The notes under the pieces are model-generated. The model had not been told where the DNA came from. It did not search any database and worked only from the letters and a program-made list of their open reading frames with translations. From the NCBI GenBank assembly GCA_963718915.1, contig CAVRAI010000006.1:30001-62000 (forward strand): a stretch of DNA of 32,000 nucleotides, given 5' to 3'. Source of the DNA: an uncultured Chloroflexia bacterium (GTDB lineage Bacteria; Chloroflexota; Ktedonobacteria; Ktedonobacterales; JADMIN01). Below are positions 1 to 7,891 of this stretch, in pieces (position 1 is the first letter of the stretch; each line of letters begins with the position of its first letter). The position numbers and the translations under genes were made by a program.

Positions 1-53
1 GGCAGGCGGGACGACTCTCAAGCTGGGGTATACGAACCCCTTGACCGATACGT

Positions 54-650
54 TTGGGGCGCATCCGCATCCTGGGGTCAGCCATTGACCTGAACGATGG
101 CGCAACCTTCACGCTTGCCTCGCCAGAGGGGTTAGAGATGTCTGCCCCGCCACGGTCACTCCTCCTTGCCGGGAACATCCGCACGCAGGGCGAGATTGCC
201 ACGCGCGCCATCGTCCGGCACAATCGGACGGTGACGGCCAGATTGATTGTTGGCCCGTCCAGTAGTAGCGCCGCGCTCATCGCCAGTATCCGCACCCTGC
301 TCGTCTGGCTGGCTGCTCCTCCTCAGATCCCGATCACGCTCCAGTATCAGCCATTCAATGCCAGCACGCCGCTCTATCTGGATGTGGTGGGGGCGTCGCA
401 TAATCTGCCTGCCGACGAGGGGCAATGGCTACGCGGCCAGTTTGAGCCGCTGACGATCAGCTTCATCACCCGGCCAGGACTACGCGGGGATCGCGTGACC
501 CTCCAGAATCTCGTCGCCAACCCTGGCCTGGAACAGCCTGGCGACTGCTGGCATGGTAGCCTTCCTGGACACCTTCGCGAATACGAACTTCTACGCCAGC
601 CAGGCGGGGAGCGCGCCAACGGCAGGCTCGGTCAACAACAACTATCCTGA
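54..650 (+). CDS. hypothetical protein, first gene of a tail-fibre-like / glycan-binding cluster; last ~100 nt probably not genuine coding frame
   Basis: TTG-start ORF preceded by an in-frame TGA at 42-44. The translation looks protein-like up to ...LQNLVANPGLEQPG (an NPGxE motif as seen at the start of CBM-type modules). After that it becomes R/Q/G-rich, while the overlapping frame (553 onward) becomes protein-like. No family recognised. Confidence 0.35.
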   Translation: MGRIRILGSAIDLNDGATFTLASPEGLEMSAPPRSLLLAGNIRTQGEIATRAIVRHNRTVTARLIVGPSSSSAALIASIRTLLVWLAAPPQIPITLQYQPFNASTPLYLDVVGASHNLPADEGQWLRGQFEPLTISFITRPGLRGDRVTLQNLVANPGLEQPGDCWHGSLPGHLREYELLRQPGGERANGRLGQQQLS

Positions 651-1506
651 TGTGGTCATGGCTGACACGCCGCTGCGCTATTACCGCATGGGTGAAGCCA
701 GCGGGACGACGGCCTATGACGTGAGTGGGAGCGGGGCGAATGGGACGTACAACGCTAGCCCCACCCTTGGCTCGGCGGGAGCCATCAGCGGCGATAGCGC
801 GGATAAGTCTGTGACGTTCAACGGGTCGTCGCAGTATGTGGGTGGCATCTCAGTGACCGGCATGCCGACGGGCAACGGGGTGGCCAGCATCGAGGCGTGG
901 GTGTTTGTCACTGGCGCACCTGCCAGCAACGCGATCATCGCGGGCTATGGCAAAAGCGCGGCGCATCAGCGGCTGGGCATCTACATGGACACGTCGCGTA
1001 AACTGTACGCCGACACACAGAGCGGCGCAACCGGCGGCAGCGCAGCGGTCAGCATCAACGCCTGGCACCACGTGGTCGGGACGTGGGACGGCACGACGCT
1101 CACCTGCTATGTGGATGGCGCGGTGGGCGGGACCACTGCGACACCTGGTGCGATGACGACCCCTGGCTCCGCGACCGCGATGACGATTGCCGTGGATGTG
1201 ACCGCCGCTGGCTCCTGGTTCCCTGGTCGCATTGATGAAGTCGCGTACTACGGCGCCTGTCTCTCCTCGACGCGGATCACCGCCCACTACAATGCGGGCA
1301 ACGCGGGCACAGGCATGGGAACCATGACCAACGCGCTGACCCTCGCCTCGGGTGCGCGTATCAGTTTCGGCTGTCCCGCCTGGCAGGCGCTCAACACCTG
1401 GCAGGCGCGGTTCCGCTACACAGTCGGGCAGGACGGTCGGACTTTTATCTGCACTACACCGATGCCAGTCACTGGCTGCGCGTGGAAGTCACTGGGACTG
1501 CCCTGA
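553..1506 (+). CDS. LamG / concanavalin-A-like lectin domain protein (Laminin_G_3 type), 3' end frame-disrupted
   Basis: Typical LamG_3 signature: DxSGxGxNGTY...SVTFNGSSQYV...ASIEAWV...NAWHHVVGTWDGTTLTCYVDG...FPGRIDEVAYYGACLSSTRITAHYNAG. The final ~20 codons (TFICTTPMPVTGCAWKSLGLP*) look out of frame. The protein-like signal continues in another frame from ~1440. Confidence 0.6.
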   Translation: MVAFLDTFANTNFYASQAGSAPTAGSVNNNYPDVVMADTPLRYYRMGEASGTTAYDVSGSGANGTYNASPTLGSAGAISGDSADKSVTFNGSSQYVGGISVTGMPTGNGVASIEAWVFVTGAPASNAIIAGYGKSAAHQRLGIYMDTSRKLYADTQSGATGGSAAVSINAWHHVVGTWDGTTLTCYVDGAVGGTTATPGAMTTPGSATAMTIAVDVTAAGSWFPGRIDEVAYYGACLSSTRITAHYNAGNAGTGMGTMTNALTLASGARISFGCPAWQALNTWQARFRYTVGQDGRTFICTTPMPVTGCAWKSLGLP

Positions 1507-2353
1507 CGATCGACACACAATGTGACGTCGACTACCACGCTGGCGACGACGAGTATCAGCCTGGCCTCAAACGTGTGGTACTGGCTGCGTGTGACACAGT
1601 TCCCCGCCGCGCCTGGGAGTCCTGGCGAGGTCGCCGATGTGCAGGCGACCATCCTCACCGATGGCAATACGCCTGGAACGGTGGGCGCATCCCTCTTCAC
1701 CGCTGGGCCAGTCCCGACGCAGGATGCCGTCACCGCGCTCTCAGGCAGGCCACAGATCGAGGCCAGTCGGGCGCATCGCTCATCCTTGGTGGGCCATATA
1801 CGCAGCGTGCATACGCGTCAGTCTGTTTGGGCCGGGTGGCTGGCAACTCGACCCATCCTCCGGCACGCCAGTGGGATCAGCAGCCTGGGAAGGGCAAGGA
1901 CAGTCCAGCGCCAACACATATCCCAGCGGGCCAGTGAGCAGCTATGGCGCCGGTCGCTTTGACGCGCCACCCACAGCCGCATGGGACATCCTGTTCCACT
2001 CCTACAACGGCGGGACGCCTACGGGAACGTGGGCCATCCCCTGCTCGCCCTCACAGCAGATGGCAGGCTCGCTCTACGTCAAGAGCAACGGCCTGGCAGG
2101 CTCGGCCTCACTCTCGCTCGTCTTGCGCGAATTCGACGCCAGCGGCTCGCTGCTGCGCTCCAGCACACTCGCCACACTCAGCGGCAATCAGTCAAGCTGG
2201 ACACAACTGGCCGGGACAGCCACCACCGGGGCCATCTGCGCGTATGTCGATCTCGCTCTGCGCGCCCTCGACGCCACGAGCGCCAGCGCCAACGGCACGA
2301 TCTGGCTGGACAACGCGCAACTGTGGAATAAGACGCAACTGCGCGAAGCATGA
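1443..2353 (+). pseudogene. continuation of the LamG gene spread over three reading frames, ending in a CBM4_9 / galactose-binding-like module
   Basis: Protein-like segments by frame (frame = coordinate mod 3):
- frame 0: FYLHYTDASHWLRVEVTGTALTIDTQ
- frame 1: NVTSTTTLATTSISLASNVWYWLRVTQF...GRPQIEAS
- frame 0: GASLILGGPYTQ
- frame 2: DPSSGTPVGSAAWEGQG...GTWAIPCSPSQQMAGSLYVKSNGLAGSASLSLVLREFDASGSLL...WTQLAGTATTGAICAYVDLALRA...GTIWLDNAQLW
The last segment shows a CBM-like pattern. The stop overlaps the next ATG (ATGA at 2350-2353). Confidence 0.45.
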
Positions 2354-3424
2354 GCAGCATGCCGTGGTGCGACCTGCGCGCGGCCGTCTCGCCTGCGATG
2401 CTGGTGGTCTCAGGACTCGCTGGCGACCTGCCTGCGCCGTGCTATCTCGCCCTTGGCACATACGTCGCCTCACTGCCACAGAGCGGCGCCTTGAGCCTCT
2501 ACGTGGGTCGCAAGGCGATCACCAGCCCACGCGCGCAACTGGTCGGCGTCTCCTACGGCGCATTCTCGCGCAGCCTTCTCGCCGCAAGGTTTCGCGCAAC
2601 TGGACGCCAGCAGCTACGGCGGGTTCGACTCGCTACGCCTCGGTCGGCTCAGGCGGGCTGGAATCCACGCGCGTTCTCGCTGCTCGCCTCGGATGCGTCG
2701 GGCATCTATCACTTGCTGGCCAGAGTCAAGACGGCGCAGATCGTGGGGAACCTGGGCAGCATCACCCTGCGAGCGGTGAGCACCCAGCAGACGGACGCCT
2801 GGTTCAATCAGGTGGGTGGGGCGGATGTCGTCAGCACCTGGAACGGCGCGTATGTGACGCCGTTCGCAGCGCAGAATGTCTGGACTATCGCCGATGCGGG
2901 GCAGTGCAATCTGCCGTCCTTCCCACAGGGTGCGCTGAATGATCCCACGCAGTTGTACCTCATCCCACGCGCACAGTGGCAGGATAGCAGCGGCAGCCCG
3001 CAGAATGGGTATACCAACTGGCAGGCGCTGCTTGCCCATAGATGGCTCGCTGCTCGTCGCCACGGTCAACAATCCCAGCAACAGTGCGGGCGCGATCACG
3101 AATAGCTGGCTGTGGACGTATGCCGATGGGCTGCTGCTGAATCGGTCGGGGGCGTCAGATGGGCCGTCATGGACGTACAGCATCGAGACGAAGGCGCAAC
3201 CGAACCCGGCGGTGGGCGCTGGTGGAGCGGGGACGCCATCCAGCGGGTCAATCAACGTCAATAGCGGGGCTGATCCTGCCCTGACGGTAGACCCTTCTCA
3301 AATCGGCGCAAACAATAACGTCGGGGTCAACCAGCTCGTCGCCATCGTCAGCGATCAGGCGGGCGGGGTGTATCCGTGCTTTGGCGAGGTCAGTTACTCG
3401 CCGCTGTATCTCGAACCACGGTAA
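2350..3424 (+). pseudogene. hypothetical tail-fibre-like protein; reading frame changes near 3030 (and possibly 2575-2650)
   Basis: ORF 2350..3105 is protein-like until ...NGYTNWQALL, then R/Q-rich. ORF 2939..3424 becomes protein-like exactly there (PIDGSLLVATVNNPSNSAGAITNSWLWTYADG...EVSYSPLYLEPR*). A single-nt indel near cttgccc (~3030) would join them. No family recognised. Confidence 0.4.
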
Positions 3425-3611
3425 GGGTTATCGTGCATCGCAGGCGTCGTCACGCGGCGCTGGGCCAGCGATACGTCAGGTGGGGCCAGAGATGTGCAGA
3501 CCAAAGCGCTCGTCTGACCAGGCAAAATACGCGGGCAGATCGTCCGCCGCGCCCGTCGGCGAGACCCGCCCGCACCCACGCCAGCGCGGCAGCGGCGTCT
3601 TCCGAACGGCG

Positions 3612-4013
3612 TCACCGCGCGCGAGTTCGCCGGCCAAGCGACCGCAGAACCGCCTCCGGGCCAGCGCGTAACGCCTGTTCCACATCGACGCCAACGCGCG
3701 TCTCAGGTGTTGCTTGCGCCGCCCGCCAGATGAGCAGCGCATCGTCAGGTCGTGCGAAACGTGCCACGGCGGCAATCAGGCGATAGAGTGTCTCGGGTGC
3801 GCCCTCGCCCGTCGCCCTGATGGCATCCGTCTCGCGCTGAAGCAGCCAGATTGCCACCGGATAGTCACCTGGCTGCAGATCAGCCAGCAACGCCTCGGTG
3901 AGGGCCGTTCGCCACGCGACGTCTTCCTGGCGCGCCTCCGCGGTGTCAGCGCGGGCGAATGGGCGTTCTCCCGCGCGCAAGCGTTGGAGGTCACGCGCCG
4001 CGAGGCCGCTCAT
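3612..4013 (-). CDS. hypothetical protein, translationally coupled to the upstream dnaX C-terminal ORF
   Basis: 133-aa ORF whose ATG overlaps the stop of ORF 4010..4699 (ATGA). No recognisable domain. The protein-like signal may continue in another frame down to 3476 (...GAADDLPAYFAWSDERFGLHISGPT*). Confidence 0.4.
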   Translation of the reverse strand: MSGLAARDLQRLRAGERPFARADTAEARQEDVAWRTALTEALLADLQPGDYPVAIWLLQRETDAIRATGEGAPETLYRLIAAVARFARPDDALLIWRAAQATPETRVGVDVEQALRAGPEAVLRSLGRRTRAR

Positions 4014-4699
4014 GTGCCGTCGCCATCGTGGAGCGCCCGTACCTCGGCCAGCTCCGTGCCACCCATACGCATCAGCTCTTGAATGACGGGGTCAGCGCGC
4101 ACCTCACGCTCAAGGGCGGCGATGTCAGGCAGATGCATCCCTTCCGAGGTCGCGGCGTCGGCGGGTGGAGGAGTGATCGGTGGCTGGGTAGCTGCGCCCT
4201 TCGTCTGGGTCTTCTGCGTCGTGTGTGACATGTGTGACGGGCGTGACGATCCAGCGGCCTGTACTGTCGGGAATGGCACGATGTTGTTGGGCGCCGATCC
4301 ATCGGGCTGACTCGATGGCGGGGGCGGAGAGGACGGCCGCTGCGGCGGTTTCGTGGCAGGCTGGCCAGAGCCACCCTCACTGGCAAGCACCAGCCGCACG
4401 CGCATCGGTCGTTCCAGAACCTGTTCCAGCGCCCATTCGACCGCCTCACGCTTGGATGGCTCGCGCAACTTCTCCAGATGGAAGGGCCACTTCACCGCAA
4501 TCGTCAGTGATAGCGGGCTGCCAGCGTCCAGCCGCACCGGCTGCGCATCGCTCAGCAAGCCCGAGACCATCGAGCTTTTCTGCTTGCAGACCTTCTTGAT
4601 CATCGTCCAGCGACGCTGAATATCGCGCAACATGTTTACCAGCGCGTCATCCTGCTCCGCCTCCATCAGGGGGGGATCGGGTGGGAGTGACACTGGCAT
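4010..4699 (-). CDS. dnaX: DNA polymerase III tau-type C-terminal region encoded as a separate ORF (P/S-rich linker plus conserved C-terminal module)
   Basis: RRWTMIKKVCKQKSSMVSGLLSDAQPVRLDAGSPLSLTIAVKWPFHLEKLREPSKREAVEWALEQVLERPMRVRLVL follows the W..i...vk..s......L..a.Pv....d.L.L.f....h...l........e..l......p..v.lv pattern of Bacillus-type DnaX C-termini. It lies in the same reading frame as ORF 4754..6124 and directly downstream of it. Confidence 0.6.
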   Translation of the reverse strand: MPVSLPPDPPLMEAEQDDALVNMLRDIQRRWTMIKKVCKQKSSMVSGLLSDAQPVRLDAGSPLSLTIAVKWPFHLEKLREPSKREAVEWALEQVLERPMRVRLVLASEGGSGQPATKPPQRPSSPPPPSSQPDGSAPNNIVPFPTVQAAGSSRPSHMSHTTQKTQTKGAATQPPITPPPADAATSEGMHLPDIAALEREVRADPVIQELMRMGGTELAEVRALHDGDGT

Positions 4700-4753
4700 T
4701 GGCGCAGGCGCCAGGCCGCCTCGGCTTCCGACGTACCAGCTTCTGATGGCGCG

Positions 4754-6091
4754 TCACCCATGGGCGCGGGCGCCACGACATCCGCGTCGGTCTCTTCGCG
4801 GGACGACGAGTTGGCGACGGGCGCTGGCTGATGTACGGTAACCGTCACCGCTGACTGTGACGCTGACTGTGAGCTGACGTGATGCTGGTGCGTGTGGTGA
4901 TGCTGGCTGTGACGCTGGCTGCGGCGAACGTGGAGCGCGGGCGGGCGTCGCGGGTCGCGGCTGCTTTTCAGCGGGCGAGTAGTCGTTTGTTGAGTCGTTA
5001 TGCGCGCAGACGCCGACGCATTCGAGGAAGGCAAGCTCCAGAGCGAGCTGCGGCACGGGCAGACCTCGCGCTGGCTGCTCGTTGCGCGCGAAGACACGAG
5101 CGCAATCCGCCAGTTCTTCGAGGGTGAAGCGCCCGGCAAGGTCTGCCGTCGCCCGGGCCTCTTCGGCGGTGCGATCCATAATCGTGGCGACATCCGCGCC
5201 TGCCCGCGCCAGCATCAGCGCGCGCCATTCCTCGGCATATTGCGAGGAGAGTTGCCGCGGGTCGGCTCCGCTGGAGACCAGCGTATGGATACGCTCCAGC
5301 CCGTCAGCGGTATTCTGATCGGCGACCGCTTCGATCATTGCGCGCAGGGCAGCGGGATCGGCCAGGCCAAGCATCCCGCGCACGCTTTTCGCGTCGATCT
5401 CCGTTCCACAGAACGTGATCGCCTGATCGAGCAGGCTGAGCGCATCGCGCATGCCGCCCTGGGCCGCGCGCGCGATCATCTCGGCGGCGGCTGGCTCCAG
5501 GGTCAGTCCCTCGCCCTCAGCGACGTGGTGGAGGTGAGAGACGATATCGCGCATGCGATGGCGGCGGAAGTCGAACCGCTGGCAGCGCGAGATAATCGTG
5601 GGCAGCACTTTGTGCGCCTCGGTAGTCGCCAGCACAAAGATCACATGCGGCGGCGGTTCTTCCAGCGTCTTCAGCAGCGCGTTAAAGGCCGAGGTCGAGA
5701 GCATATGTACTTCGTCGAATACATATACTTTGTGATGGCCGTCGCTGCCAAGTAGATTCACGTTCTCACGCAGGTCGCGAATGTTCTCCACACTGGTATG
5801 CGAGGCGGCATCGATCTCGATCACATCGGGCGAGCGCCCGCTGGTAATCTCCTGGCACGAGATACACTCGTTACATGGCTCACCATTGTGGGGATTCTGG
5901 CAGTTGATCGCTTTGGCCAGCAGCCGGGCGACGCTGGTTTTCCCCGTCCCGCGCGGACCACAGAAGAGATAGGCATGCGCCAACCGCCCGTCGCGCACGG
6001 CGTTGAGCAGCGTGCGGACGACCTCTTCCTGCCCGACGAGGTCGGCGAATGTCTGTGATCTCCATTTGCGGTAGAGGGATTGCGATGCCAT
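4754..6091 (-). CDS. dnaX: DNA polymerase III subunit gamma/tau, N-terminal clamp-loader part (AAA+ domains I-III)
   Basis: Motifs seen:
- YRKWRSQTFADLVGQE
- Walker A GPRGTGKTS
- Zn module CNECISCQEI
- Walker B VYVFDEVHML
- sensor FVLATTE
- SRC motif IISRCQRF
ATG at 6089-6091 (MASQSLYRKWR) is preferred over the TTG at 6124. The last ~40 codons before the TGA (4754-4756) are R-rich and look out of frame. Confidence 0.9.
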   Translation of the reverse strand: MASQSLYRKWRSQTFADLVGQEEVVRTLLNAVRDGRLAHAYLFCGPRGTGKTSVARLLAKAINCQNPHNGEPCNECISCQEITSGRSPDVIEIDAASHTSVENIRDLRENVNLLGSDGHHKVYVFDEVHMLSTSAFNALLKTLEEPPPHVIFVLATTEAHKVLPTIISRCQRFDFRRHRMRDIVSHLHHVAEGEGLTLEPAAAEMIARAAQGGMRDALSLLDQAITFCGTEIDAKSVRGMLGLADPAALRAMIEAVADQNTADGLERIHTLVSSGADPRQLSSQYAEEWRALMLARAGADVATIMDRTAEEARATADLAGRFTLEELADCARVFARNEQPARGLPVPQLALELAFLECVGVCAHNDSTNDYSPAEKQPRPATPARAPRSPQPASQPASPHAPASRQLTVSVTVSGDGYRTSASARRQLVVPRRDRRGCRGARAHG

Positions 6092-6370
6092 GCGATGCCC
6101 CACGTTTGTATCAAGTCGTAACAATCGGAATTGTGCGCGTCAGATAGACCGAGCGTGTCAGTTGGCTGGATCGCAGCGCCATGTTCGCGCTTCCGCCAGA
6201 ACAATTATATCTTAAACGAAGGGGACAGGCGTGCCGTTCACTGCTGACCCATACGGCCATCGCGGACGCCGTGAAGGCGAGTTATTACCGAAAAGATGGC
6301 CTGGACAGGCATCGGAAATCAGGTGTAGTCAATGGTAGAGAAAGGTACCGGTTGGAGTTTAGGAATAGGG

Positions 6371-6397
6371 GAAAGAAAAAGTGGGTCGTGCACCCAC
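6371..6397 (-). terminator. hairpin plus T-run at the 3' end of the SRP RNA
   Basis: Minus strand GTGGGT-gcacg-ACCCAC followed by TTTTT. The hairpin partly overlaps the 5'/3' closing helix of the RNA. Confidence 0.45.
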
Positions 6398-6653
6398 CGT
6401 TGATCCGCGCCATTAGACCCCGAAACTCTTCCAGCTCAGGCCCAGTGCTCCCACGGCGCCCGGAGAGGTCCACTTACCGCTGCTTCCTTCCGGACCTGAC
6501 GGGGTTCGCAAACATCCGCCGCGTGGGGTCTAAACCCTCATAACCATCCAAGCTCCAGAATCGGCAGGCGTACGACCGCGGGCAGGAATTCAGCCCCGCA
6601 TAAGAGCGTTTCGGGTACAGGGCAGCCCTGGCTCCCCACCTAGCACGACCTCG
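6378..6653 (-). ncRNA. ffs: signal recognition particle RNA, long Bacillus-type with Alu domain
   Basis: - Minus strand contains the universal domain IV core GUCAGGUCCGGAAGGAAGCAGCGGUAAG (plus 6473-6500).
- The 5' Alu-domain segment GGUCGUGCUAGGUGGGGAG...GCCCUGUACC nearly matches B. subtilis scRNA.
- The 3' GCACGACC pairs with the 5' GGUCGUGC.
- It lies immediately upstream of dnaX, the conserved scr-dnaX synteny.
Ends are +/- 5 nt. Confidence 0.9.
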
Positions 6654-6658
6654 CGACT

Positions 6659-6687
6659 ATTGTACCGCGCCCCATCGCGAAAGTCAA
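6659..6687 (-). promoter_or_regulatory. sigma-70-type promoter of the SRP RNA
   Basis: Minus strand TTGACT (6687-6682), 17-nt spacer, TACAAT (6664-6659). The predicted start ~7 nt downstream coincides with the RNA 5' end inferred from homology. Confidence 0.7.
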
Positions 6688-6834
6688 AAGCATAGGAAGC
6701 AGGGAGTGTGGATGGACGTGGATGGATGTGGATGGGGGTAGACCGCTCGAAGATCAGGCGCACAAACAGGCATGCAACAAGGTATGCGACCAGACGAGTC
6801 CGGCCTTGCCGCCGGACTCGACAACGCCCTTATG

Positions 6835-7323
6835 CTACTTGCCTGCCGGGACTTTCCTGACCACTGCGGCCTTTGGCATCGGTTTGGCAACCATCTTCGG
6901 CGCGCCGACCGATTGCTCCATCAGCGTGATGATGATCTTGAGCGGCTCGATGTTACCTGCCTGCTGCTCGGCCTCGGTGACAATCGCCTGGCGACGGATG
7001 GTGGTTTCACCTTGTGGCAGCGCGGGGAACAGGTCGTTGCCTTCGAGATAGCCTGCCTCGATCAGTACCCTGACCGGCGCATACTCGAAGACCCGCGCCA
7101 GCGCCCGGCACCGCTCTGGTGTCGGCAATACTGGCTCGTCATCCCTCAGGTAACGTCCAAGCGATGCCTCGTCAATCGGCGCGTGATGCTCGACACAATA
7201 CTTCGCGAACTCGCGGATTAGGTAATGGTCTCCGCGTCGCTGGTAAAAGTCAAGATCGCGCAACTCCTTACGGAGCCAGTCGCGAAATCGAAGCCGAGTC
7301 TTCAGATCCACCTTATTGTTCAT
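6835..7323 (-). CDS. helix-turn-helix (XRE/Cro-like) domain protein
   Basis: 162-aa ORF. The segment IREFAKYCVEHHAPIDEASLGRYLRDDEPVLPTPERCRALARVFEYAPVRVLIEAGYL resembles an HTH_XRE layout (recognition helix, 'P.pe.l..lA..l.v....Ll'). Weak by-eye call. Confidence 0.45.
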   Translation of the reverse strand: MNNKVDLKTRLRFRDWLRKELRDLDFYQRRGDHYLIREFAKYCVEHHAPIDEASLGRYLRDDEPVLPTPERCRALARVFEYAPVRVLIEAGYLEGNDLFPALPQGETTIRRQAIVTEAEQQAGNIEPLKIIITLMEQSVGAPKMVAKPMPKAAVVRKVPAGK

Positions 7324-7891
7324 TAGTAGCTGGCTCCTACCTACAGTATCCGCGCCTATCCGCTTTTCTCATGAAACAAATTCCAGAGACAGTCTGCGAA
7401 AAATAGGAGGGGACACTGATAGTATACGGTTAGTCTTACACCTCACTCAATAATATTGTAGAAATTCTTACCCTGTCAAGTCCAGAACCTGTTTTAGCTA
7501 TCACATTACGACTATTTGCCTCAGCAGTTAGTACTATTTACCAATAAGCAACCCACCTATCCTCCGCAAAAGTGCGTACATAAGCGATTACACTTCGATT
7601 GTCTGCGTCGGATGCCCGCTATCAGAGTGAGGGTGACACACGTGCACACTATTAAATTGGGAGGAAATTAGCGTTTCATTGACTGGCAAGCGAACATCCG
7701 CATCGAACTGTAGCAGCGCTGCGCGGTATTGCTCAGTATGACACGTGCGATAGCAAATAGACATCGCTCAGGATCGCTGCAATTGGCCGTCCTCGTCCGC
7801 GACACCAGCGCGCGTCGCACCCTCGCGCCAGCTGCCCCATGTGCGGCTGCTCCACTTGCATGATGGGTGTGAACAGTGGTATAGTTGCCTC

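Noticed and set aside
2615-2640. GGTTCGACTC, resembling a tRNA T-arm
   Set aside because: There is no acceptor stem or anticodon arm context, and it lies inside coding sequence.
1944-2942. 332-aa plus-strand ORF (frame 0) spanning two tail-fibre-like genes
   Set aside because: It is overwhelmingly R/A/P-rich and crosses the ATGA junction at 2350. At most a short stretch (~2590-2640) may be genuine coding displaced by indels, so it is not an independent gene.
4754-4756. The in-frame TGA of dnaX as a selenocysteine codon
   Set aside because: There is no recognisable bacterial SECIS-like hairpin immediately downstream, no reason for Sec in a disordered linker, and the surrounding codons look out of frame. 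Indel or recoding explanations are more likely.
6092-6124. TTG start at 6124 for dnaX
   Set aside because: The 11-codon extension (MLRLDTNVGHR) precedes the conserved N-terminus. The ATG at 6091 gives the canonical MASQSLYRKWR... start.
6205-6210. TATAAT (minus strand) ~115 nt upstream of the dnaX ATG as the dnaX promoter -10 element
   Set aside because: No acceptable -35 element lies at 16-18 nt spacing, and dnaX may be co-transcribed or read through from the SRP RNA promoter. Too weak to call.
6181-6543. 120-aa plus-strand ORF, and the 62-aa minus ORF at 6285..6473
   Set aside because: They overlap the SRP RNA gene and its terminator region. The translations are not protein-like.
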